Virus record (IMG/VR): IMGVR_UViG_3300009082_000959
Source of the DNA: a virus
Taxonomy: Duplodnaviria > Caudoviricetes
Length of the DNA stretch: 64,000 nt
Reading direction: 5' to 3' (one strand)
Part shown: in pieces, positions 58,401-64,000 of the stretch
How positions within the stretch are numbered: position 1 is the first letter of the stretch
How the letters are laid out: every line of letters starts with the position of its first letter
The notes under the pieces: generated by a model
What the model saw: the letters and a program-made list of their open reading frames with translations, nothing else
The model's database searches: none
Told to the model about the DNA's origin: nothing
Made by a program: the position numbers and the translations under genes

Positions 58401-60275
58401 ATTTATGGTAAGTTTGGGTTAGATAAAAAATCATCTCTTGGCCGTTTGTCTAAATTGGCTAGTGCTGGTTTTTCAGATAAAGATGTAATTGATTTATACA
58501 AATTTATGTATTTGCGAAACCAATTAGAAAGAAGAGGAGACCCGGAAAGCGATAGTTATATTGAGTATTTAGATGAAACTATGAATGATAAACTAAAGCA
58601 TATTTTTTATGTCCTGTCGACGGTATTTGAAAAATGGCTAAAAAGACATCGAGCTATGTTTGGTGATTTAAATAATCTAGAGAATTTTGAAACCGCCGTT
58701 GCATGGTATGTTGGTAATTTAATGGATCATGTGCATGAAAAAGACATCAACAAGGCGGAGCAATACTTACCACAGTCTCGTGATGAGGTTTTAAAGTGGA
58801 AAAATACATTTAATACAATACACGAAATATACGAAAATCTTGCAAAAGGTCCATCCAGAGACATGAATAGTAATTTCTCTATAATAAGTCGCGCAATTGG
58901 GGCATCACATATCCATGGTGATATGTTGTCGTATATTAAAGAAACAGTCGATGATCCAAACCAACAAATTACGCCAGAATTAATGTCTCAATTGACTTCT
59001 GGAAAACACGAAGATTTTAAAGAGTGGAACAAAGAACTGCGAAGAATTGGTTGTAAAAAATTACACTTATCGAAGAGAGCGTCTGTTTCTGAAGAAGAAG
59101 CAAAAGACCTAGCAGAAAAAGATCCAGATAGTTTCTTTATAGACAAACTACACAAAATATACCCCAAACTTGGTGGGTTAGCTGCAAAGAATTTAGCAGA
59201 AAAAGATCCTAATAAATTCTTTTCTAGATCACTACATATAACCTACCCACATCTTGAGGAATTAGCAGCCAAAAACCTATCAGAAAATGATCATTATAGT
59301 TTTTTTTATAATGGATTACACGAAATTTATCCGCAACTAGGTGAGCAAGCTGCCAAAAACCTAGCAGAAAATGATTTTCATGAGTTCCTTGCTTTTGGGT
59401 TACACAAAATCTATCCCCAAACCGCAGTTCAAGCAGCAAAAAATCTGTCAGAAAAAGATCCAGAAAATTTCTTTTATTTCGAACTACAGCAAATCTATCC
59501 ACAATTCGGGGCCCTGGCGGCCAAAAAGATAGCAGAAGATGATGCAGAGAAATTCTTTAAATTAAATTTGCAAAAAACTTACCCACAGTTTTCAGAACAA
59601 CTCATAAAAAACAGACTAAAAGCACAGAAACAATTTGACGAGGAAAATCCAAATCGCAAAAATAGGCCACTTAAAGCAAAGCAATTGGCTAATGAAATGT
59701 ATAATCATGGATATAAAACCTACATACACACTAATCACCTAGAAGATTTAGACGGAATTGGTAGTATTCCTGGGGAAATTTGTGTAAGTTCTTGGGATTT
59801 GTCTCGTAAGCTTTTTTCTGCAAACCCAATGACTTATGCTGCTATTTTTGAGGGGAAGCCTTCACACTTTTTTAATCAAGATGTTTATTCTAATATAGGC
59901 AAAGATGGCTTGCGGGTTTTGACAGACACCATGCGTGATGACACCTCTATTTACGAAATGGATGAAAACCATGACGAAGCTTGGTTTAATCCACTTACTC
60001 CGGGAAACAAACTGGTTGGTTTTGCTTTAGTGGGAATACCAAAAGACGAAAAAGAATACCAAGAAGCCAAGAAACAGCTACAAAAACTAGCGGAGAAAAA
60101 TGGAGTATCTTTCCTAGAATTTGGTGAAAGTCCCTGGGACTTGAAAAAAATCAGAGAAAAACCTTTGATGAAAGAATATGAAAAACCAAACCCAATGATC
60201 AGCAAATATAAAAATCTACCAGAAATGAGAGACTACGCTAAACTGAAACTATCAAAACGAACCAACATTGGTTGA
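52467..60275 (+). CDS. 2602-aa multi-enzyme polyprotein-like ORF (TopoIB, M15 peptidase, 2H phosphoesterase, repeat+ART-like x2, CCA-adding enzyme, unknown modules)
   Basis: Family motifs in each segment; LSKRA-type pentapeptides at aa 9, 250, 444, 625, 741, 917, 1478, 1994, 2201, 2595. Confidence 0.88.
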   Translation: MLFNNFKILSKRAKVVSDKPAYKDKQESDSGNTIYHYDEKHLSKRWQHKRDKVKNLEKNVKKIREQYEKDLSSDDPRTRAIAAVVGVIDDTAARVGNPDSIKDHDTYGITTLKLKHISFSGGKAKLKFPGKDNVNQDLTVDNKKVIKVLKELTKDKKKDDFLFEVDGKRIWDRAINRYLSPFKISAKDLRGFHANRLMKELLKKKDFDEALEETASIVGHEKATLKNQYLLPELVEKYEGKKKDASIMRLSKRAELTPEDLAWVNSIKGLTADVPSAPATQTGGVKINSLILAAWQTLLPFLPKGSVITSGERTADDQKRILEHYWQKATGQKIPDKLKANDSVWFQVSKSLKEDYGYIVGPPKTNDPYSHLNGRALDVSGANLNQIANIAASVSNNPKLPVKFRKPVIEKQNNCVHLGIENAEYNPAAIKEVLSSGLGVTASISVRANKFLDEMGFGLETEQGDLFEKSPIFRHYDGYQTYKIHDISETEASKLAKSEPDEFFYRGLHKEYANLVPGALRSMIQSNAKFFFVFDYHKDEKYSDLLILAAELLSQQDPRAFFYFGLHKKFPELGRGAVVQLIDTNPDSFFDLGLEKEYSDLEGSAGAARNIKDPNKIEIEKDSNLNKAAEEDDEEKKKLEEYLKLREKYKRLFKDRDYKEFPPEDRKKEFWKHQFNPKEIGSFPSFWEYPKEEDPDREEKEEDLKKRRKQYWQHQLSPTRWLGYGAIPFWKYPKSSVMPVLSKRAEVNDVAGVFAVLPKEIAKQFKSLGDHDNSDPHITVIFCGKVKKKDRKLLEETVRGVIENWKPFKAELDSKVTYFPATKNSDGCKIAKMSVKSKELHRLHKELKEAIESAGIEIDDTFPDYKPHVTLEYLEKGATKYEDEVPEGSWEIDCVEIWGIGKNRKIKFDKHEKKACLSKRASFTEEEAKELAEKGSDTFFYYHLQETYPHLAEQAARNLAKVSAFDFFYYRLHETYPHLIEYTVQKLVEENPKMFFFRGFHKTYPHLTEQAAKNLVEEDSGYFFSYGLQETFPHLTEQAAKSLAEKDPDTLFFRKLDKIYPQLGELAAKNLAENKPADFFYFKLHKTYPQIGEQVAKYLAENNISTFFHYNLQEIYPKQGELLSKNLAEKDPDTFFRRELHKIYPQLGELAAKSTAEEDPKKFFLFGLHKTYTHFAELAAKGIAEIIPGYFFDTELHKIYPQLSEQAAENLAKENIVSFFYRKIHETYPHIAEQAAKNLAENDEGEFFKLNLQKTYPQFAEQPITNRLKAQKQFDYENPDHRNRPLKAKQLASKMYNQGYKTYIHTNDLDDLDGIGSIPGEICVSSWDLSRKLFSSSPMTYAAIFEGRPSHFFNQDAWSDVGQDGLRFLTSIGRDRDFYEMDENHDEAWFNPLAPGNKLVGFALVGIPKDQETYQDGKKKLQKLAEKNGVAYLEFGENPWDLKKIREKPLMKEYEKPNPMISKYKNLPEMRDYAKLKLSKRAEEETTIQLTDKEKQIFDVLLETIKHFNLKSTIRVAGGWARDKILGKNSKDIDIAIDNMSGKQFAEKVLLFARTKNIPVKSVGVIEARPEQSKHLETAVVNLLGESIDFVNLRAEKYDPETRIPTAVPGTALEDSYRRDLTINSLFYNINTGKIEDLTGKGIDDLKNKIIRTPVPPKEIWSQVGITDESQAITPKKTFMDDPLRVLRAIRFASRYGFSLAPELMEAAKDPEVQESFKNKISRERIEAELRKMITGPNPVWALNLINELGFRSEVLKLPEQTNWKTGDEDIWGNIIQTLDNLQSIIKERNLGEADKFVINFAAFLHDVGLLDPKNQDAKKLEKSIGRSESSVVVAEHVLRNLPGVRVDEIERVKKLIDATKLIENQKHDLSAITRKQLGNFVRAIGDDWENAVDILAARNKANEGFSPEYYSGIKKQVKDFGLEKAHTMKPLLTGEELMKLFERKGGKWMGDLNRELIQWQLENPNATKDDAIVAAKDIYGKFGLDKKSSLGRLSKLASAGFSDKDVIDLYKFMYLRNQLERRGDPESDSYIEYLDETMNDKLKHIFYVLSTVFEKWLKRHRAMFGDLNNLENFETAVAWYVGNLMDHVHEKDINKAEQYLPQSRDEVLKWKNTFNTIHEIYENLAKGPSRDMNSNFSIISRAIGASHIHGDMLSYIKETVDDPNQQITPELMSQLTSGKHEDFKEWNKELRRIGCKKLHLSKRASVSEEEAKDLAEKDPDSFFIDKLHKIYPKLGGLAAKNLAEKDPNKFFSRSLHITYPHLEELAAKNLSENDHYSFFYNGLHEIYPQLGEQAAKNLAENDFHEFLAFGLHKIYPQTAVQAAKNLSEKDPENFFYFELQQIYPQFGALAAKKIAEDDAEKFFKLNLQKTYPQFSEQLIKNRLKAQKQFDEENPNRKNRPLKAKQLANEMYNHGYKTYIHTNHLEDLDGIGSIPGEICVSSWDLSRKLFSANPMTYAAIFEGKPSHFFNQDVYSNIGKDGLRVLTDTMRDDTSIYEMDENHDEAWFNPLTPGNKLVGFALVGIPKDEKEYQEAKKQLQKLAEKNGVSFLEFGESPWDLKKIREKPLMKEYEKPNPMISKYKNLPEMRDYAKLKLSKRTNIG
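55230..56252 (+). repeat. About 12 tandem 28-aa (84-nt) repeats
   Basis: Consensus YPQLxEQAAKNLAExDPxxFFxxxLHKT. Confidence 0.92.
56203..56908 (+). repeat. About 700-nt direct duplication; second copy at 59551-60259
   Basis: Near-identical DNA; the last ~120 nt differ at about one position and run through the LSKR codons. Confidence 0.92.
59082..59600 (+). repeat. About 6 tandem 28-aa repeats of the same family
   Basis: Same consensus as 55230-56252. Confidence 0.92.
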
Positions 60276-60319
60276 AATATACTAATAAAATCACATTTAT
60301 CAGTAGAAGGAGAGAGTTT

Positions 60320-61000
60320 ATGAAAAAAATCGCATCTGGCGCCGAGATTATGAGCACCATACTATCTTTTACTGAAGCACTCGAAGAAATGTATGAGCAT
60401 ATGCATTGGAGGGCTTCTGGACCAAATTACTACGGTGATCATCTTTTGTATCAGAGACTGTATGAAGACATAGAGGGCGAAATAGATGGAATAGCTGAAA
60501 AGGCAGTTGGTGTTTTTGGGCCAGATTCGATAGGCCCAAACAAAAATATTTCAGAAACAGCCAAAATAACTGAAAAACTTATTTCTGATACTGATACAGC
60601 AGAAAAATTTCCAGAGATAGCAATATCCGCAGAGGAAAAGTTTGTTGAATTGGTTTCTCGCGCGCTTAAAGAAATGGATAAAAGCAACGAATTAACCAAT
60701 GGCATAGATAATATGCTACAGGGTGTGGTAGATAGCCACGAAGGTCACTTGTATTTATTAAAGCAAAGGGCTAATAAAAAGGAATCAAGCACAGTCATAA
60801 GACTGTTTAAGTTGGCATACTATTTGGATAGAAAGTCCTTATACAACGAAGCACGAGAAATAGAAGAAGTTATGCTACAATTGGCAAAACGAGTGGGCAT
60901 AAATCAAGAAGAAATGGTATCACTGGCTGATGAATTGGATCAAATTGGGGATACTGTCGTAGCGGATAAAATAGATAATATGATTAAATCAAATAAATAA
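60320..61000 (+). CDS. Dps/ferritin-like protein with two C-terminal helical tags
   Basis: HW...H...Y...D..AE (HMHWRASGPNYYGDHLLYQRLYEDIEGEIDGIAEK); LLKQRA, then two tag copies; AAGGAG before ATG 60320. Confidence 0.78.
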   Translation: MKKIASGAEIMSTILSFTEALEEMYEHMHWRASGPNYYGDHLLYQRLYEDIEGEIDGIAEKAVGVFGPDSIGPNKNISETAKITEKLISDTDTAEKFPEIAISAEEKFVELVSRALKEMDKSNELTNGIDNMLQGVVDSHEGHLYLLKQRANKKESSTVIRLFKLAYYLDRKSLYNEAREIEEVMLQLAKRVGINQEEMVSLADELDQIGDTVVADKIDNMIKSNK

Positions 61001-61001
61001 T

Positions 61002-61376
61002 ATGCGTCCTCTATCAATTCGGCACAAAATAGCAACAATTGAAGCCTCCAAGTCTGGTGTCGGCGTAAGTGCTGGTGCGAGAAAATATATGAGAACCGCT
61101 ATGCCCGAATATAAGAGCGTTGGAAATGCTGAACTAAACGAGCTAATCGTGTTTGAGTTTTCAAAGTGCGCGCCGTGGAGCAGATTCAAACTAAATAAAA
61201 CACTAGATGGAATAGCCGAAATAAGAAAAAGTTCGAGGTTTGTATTCGTCGCTAGAATAAGAGATAGAGGGACATCGCAGTCTGGGTATGATATTATAAC
61301 GATACAACCAAACTCTAAAGAGGTTTCAGAAAAAATTAGAAAACTACGCCTACAGCCCGGTTGGGGCTTTGAATAA
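61002..61376 (+). CDS. Hypothetical protein
   Basis: Starts MRPLSIRHKIA; operonic. Confidence 0.68.
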   Translation: MRPLSIRHKIATIEASKSGVGVSAGARKYMRTAMPEYKSVGNAELNELIVFEFSKCAPWSRFKLNKTLDGIAEIRKSSRFVFVARIRDRGTSQSGYDIITIQPNSKEVSEKIRKLRLQPGWGFE

Positions 61377-61387
61377 CGGAGAACAAT

Positions 61388-61789
61388 ATGGAAATCCTTA
61401 AAAAACTAGCTACTTTGGCAAATGAACTTGATAAGATGGGGCTTACTGCTGAAGCAACTGAAATAGACCTTATAATTGAAAAGTTGGGCCAAAACGGAAT
61501 TGATAATGTTTTTGAGCAAATAAAAAATGAGATTACTCCGTTTATTCCAGCAGGAACGCTTAAATGGAATCCCAAAAAGCCAGTATTATCCCTTCGTCCA
61601 GTATTAGATGAGTATTATCCTGGATTATTTAGAAAGGGAATGACTGCGGACGGATTACTGGAGGCCATAAGAAATTCCAACAAAACAAAGACAAAACCAA
61701 CCACAGCTCCAATTGGTCAAACGAGAGACCCTGGACCAATTAAAGTCGATTTTCAAATGCCATCGCCTGGACCACAACCTAAACTATAA
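61388..61789 (+). CDS. Putative virion protein with N-terminal helical tag
   Basis: LKKLATLANELDKMGLTAEATEID; GGAG RBS. Confidence 0.78.
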   Translation: MEILKKLATLANELDKMGLTAEATEIDLIIEKLGQNGIDNVFEQIKNEITPFIPAGTLKWNPKKPVLSLRPVLDEYYPGLFRKGMTADGLLEAIRNSNKTKTKPTTAPIGQTRDPGPIKVDFQMPSPGPQPKL

Positions 61790-62685
61790 TGGACAAGCTT
61801 GCTATTATTAAAAAACTTCCAAACGGAAAATATCGTCTTTATAGCAAGAAGAAAGATAAAAATGGCAAAAGACGAAATCTTGGGACATTTGATTCCATTT
61901 CAGCCGCGAAAGATAGGGAAAAAGATATAAATTATTTTAAACATAATGCTGATGATGGTGAGACAGATTCAGAGTTGGATAAACTTATTTCTGACCTCTC
62001 CACTATTGCTGCATATTTAGAGGAGGCAGGAATGTCTGGAGCAAACGAAATAAGCAAAGCTATGGACGCAATAGATGGAAGTTTTGCAGATGATGGTATT
62101 CCAGAGTGGGAAATGGAACTTGCTAATATGGATATTTCTCCCAAAGCGCGTAAAAAAGAAAAACTATATCGAAAACACGAAATATTAACTGACCCAGAAG
62201 AAATGGATGAAATGACAGGAGAGAACCCTGATTTATACGACTTAATGTCTTACAATAAAATAAATAAAGAGTTGGATGAAATTTACAGAACAGAAAGCGC
62301 TGGTGGCTACGCAAAAGCACAAAGATGGATAGAGGAAAATGTAGATCAAATGAAACTTTCTGACAATATGAAACAATCTTTATTAGATAGAGTTTCATCA
62401 CCAATGTGGGAAATTTTTGATGCTAACGACGGCGATTATGCTGACGATCCGATAATGGCTAGTGTTCCTGATGTCCAAATGAACTACCCTGGTTCTGGAA
62501 ATTATGAAATGACTGGTGAGGTTGCTGGTGGAACACAAGCACTTTTCTCAATTCCAGAAGCAACCGTAATGGCGCATCTTGTTGAAAAATTAACAAAACT
62601 AGCAAATCATCTTGATGGTATTGGATACTTTGATTGTGCCAGTGAAATAGATGAAATAACCAAATCATTACGAAAAACAAAATAA
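61789..62685 (+). CDS. Putative virion protein: basic N-terminal domain, acidic core, helical tags
   Basis: GKYRLYSKK...RNLGTF; C-terminal LTKLANHLDGIGYFDCASEID. Confidence 0.78.
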   Translation: MDKLAIIKKLPNGKYRLYSKKKDKNGKRRNLGTFDSISAAKDREKDINYFKHNADDGETDSELDKLISDLSTIAAYLEEAGMSGANEISKAMDAIDGSFADDGIPEWEMELANMDISPKARKKEKLYRKHEILTDPEEMDEMTGENPDLYDLMSYNKINKELDEIYRTESAGGYAKAQRWIEENVDQMKLSDNMKQSLLDRVSSPMWEIFDANDGDYADDPIMASVPDVQMNYPGSGNYEMTGEVAGGTQALFSIPEATVMAHLVEKLTKLANHLDGIGYFDCASEIDEITKSLRKTK

Positions 62686-62699
62686 TAGGAGAGAGAACC

Positions 62700-63515
62700 A
62701 TGAAATTTTTGCAGAGACTTATTAAATTAGCAAATGATTTGGACAGCCGCGGTCTTTTTGGCGAGGCTGACGAACTTGATGCAATTATACGAAATGCAGC
62801 GGACGGCGTCTTTGGCCCAGGAACAGGCGGATTGGCTGGATTACCAACACCATCTATGGAGGGAGCCTATCAAAGATACAAATCACGAACCAGTCCAGAC
62901 AATATAAAAACCTGGCAATCACAATATAATGCCGCCCTTCAATTGCTACAAAAACGCTTGGGATTTTTGCCAAGCGGAATGACACCGCTTAAAGTAGATG
63001 GAATAAGGGGCAAAAACACTATTATGGCCATGAATTATGTAAAGCAAATTCTTGGCGGAAAAGGAACACTAAAAAACTTTGTAGAAACAGTTGTCGCTAA
63101 CGAAATGAACAATAAACAATTAGGTAGTCCAGCAGTTGCAACACGAGAACAAATTACCGATGCTCTAAAAAAATATGTTGAACAGAACATGAGCATTACT
63201 GATGCTCCACTCGACGCAGAAGTTCAAAATAATATAACTGGTGTCGCCAATAAATTATTCGAACAAGTTGCACAAGGACAACTAACCCAAAAACAACTAC
63301 TCTCTGCCATAGTTGATTCCGCAAGGTCAATAGGTTCGCAGTTTGAGGAAAGAATGTATGCACAAATGGGTGAAAACCCTCTTAAAGATTTCGAGATCTC
63401 CGCACCAACACAACCAAAACCATCAATGATTAGAGAGCCACGCGGAGGACAGATAGGAACCTATATGCCAATCCCAGACAGCGTAATGCCAACCACAAAT
63501 TACCCAATAAAGTAA
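62700..63515 (+). CDS. Tagged protein with a peptidoglycan-binding-like domain
   Basis: N-terminal LIKLANDLDSRGLFGEADELD; IKTWQ...LKVDGIRGKNT resembles PG_binding_1. Confidence 0.72.
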   Translation: MKFLQRLIKLANDLDSRGLFGEADELDAIIRNAADGVFGPGTGGLAGLPTPSMEGAYQRYKSRTSPDNIKTWQSQYNAALQLLQKRLGFLPSGMTPLKVDGIRGKNTIMAMNYVKQILGGKGTLKNFVETVVANEMNNKQLGSPAVATREQITDALKKYVEQNMSITDAPLDAEVQNNITGVANKLFEQVAQGQLTQKQLLSAIVDSARSIGSQFEERMYAQMGENPLKDFEISAPTQPKPSMIREPRGGQIGTYMPIPDSVMPTTNYPIK

Positions 63516-63527
63516 AAGAGGACTAAA

Positions 63528-64000
63528 ATGATCACCAAACTTGTAAAACTAGCAAATCACCTAGACTCAATTGGAGAACACGATTTAGCAGACCAAATTG
63601 ATGCTATAGTAAAAAGCGCCGCATTGTTGAGCGCAAGAAATAGTTTAATTGATGCGCTTAAAAACGACGACACCAAAAAGGCCAATGACGCAATTATGGA
63701 ATTGGTGTCTCAAATTCCGCGCGGCTCTAATGCCGCTGATGAATTGGGTATTTCCAGCAAAGAATTCAAAGAACTTGCTAATGCCATACACACAGGTGAT
63801 CTTGAATCAGCGCGCAAAGTATTTAATGTTGGCAAAGCGGTAAGCAAGGACCCAAATAAAATAAATCCCTTTACAGGACAACCATGGCCATCCGGAGAAG
63901 TAAAAGAGGAACCAAAGCAGTCTGATACGGGTAAAAAGAAATATGAATTTACGGGGAAAGAAACATCCACAAGAGGGTTTGGTGGAGTAAAAGTAAAAGA
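63528..64000 (+). CDS. Tagged putative virion protein (runs off the window; absent from the ORF track)
   Basis: GAGGA RBS, ATG 63528; MITKLVKLANHLDSIGEHDLADQIDAIVKSAA; frame open to the end. Confidence 0.8.
   Translation, partial: MITKLVKLANHLDSIGEHDLADQIDAIVKSAALLSARNSLIDALKNDDTKKANDAIMELVSQIPRGSNAADELGISSKEFKELANAIHTGDLESARKVFNVGKAVSKDPNKINPFTGQPWPSGEVKEEPKQSDTGKKKYEFTGKETSTRGFGGVKVK

Noticed and set aside
1130-63970. Numerous minus-strand and nested ORFs in the six-frame track
   Set aside because: All lie antisense to or inside well-supported + strand genes, have F/L/I/S-rich shadow composition and show no motifs or RBS.
1-64000. tRNA, rRNA or CRISPR arrays
   Set aside because: Intergenic gaps are mostly under 150 nt, and I saw no cloverleaf/T-loop signature or regularly spaced repeats by eye; tRNAscan-SE would be the definitive check.
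1-64000. Eukaryotic giant virus (NCLDV) origin, suggested by TopoIB, CCA1-like enzyme and Fanzor-like TnpB
   Set aside because: Shine-Dalgarno sites, translational coupling, sigma factors, DnaE, IF-3, a peptidoglycan hydrolase and terminase/portal all indicate a bacteriophage.

Overview
AT-rich 64-kb segment of a very large (jumbo/huge) tailed dsDNA phage genome. Every supportable gene is on the + strand, tightly packed with Shine-Dalgarno sites and ATGA/TAATG overlaps, in standard genetic code. About 0.2-34.3 kb is a replication, recombination, nucleotide-metabolism and host-takeover block (cysteine desulfurase, ClpP, lytic transglycosylase, family-4 UDG, dCMP deaminase, FtsK motor, split DnaG primase, SbcCD, dNMP kinase, sigma-like factors, trigger factor, DnaE, SSB, RuvC-like resolvase, DnaJ, RecA, IF-3). 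An IS607 element with a pro-Fanzor-like TnpB sits in the recA Shine-Dalgarno site. About 34.4-64 kb is a head-morphogenesis and virion-cargo block (large terminase, portal with two inteins, many unknown proteins, several homing endonucleases). The standout is a 2602-aa ORF (52467-60275) built like a polyprotein: topoisomerase IB, M15-type peptidase, 2H phosphoesterase, CCA-adding enzyme, unknown modules and a duplicated 28-aa-repeat + ART-like module, with an LSKRA-type pentapeptide at essentially every domain boundary. At least eight neighbouring proteins share a portable ~30-aa helical tag (L-x-K-L-A-x-x-L-D-x-x-G-x4-A-x-x-I-D), often followed by a similar K/R-x-A site. Together these suggest a tag-and-cleave system for loading enzymatic cargo into the capsid (inference, untested). 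All product calls come from motif recognition by eye; no database search was run.
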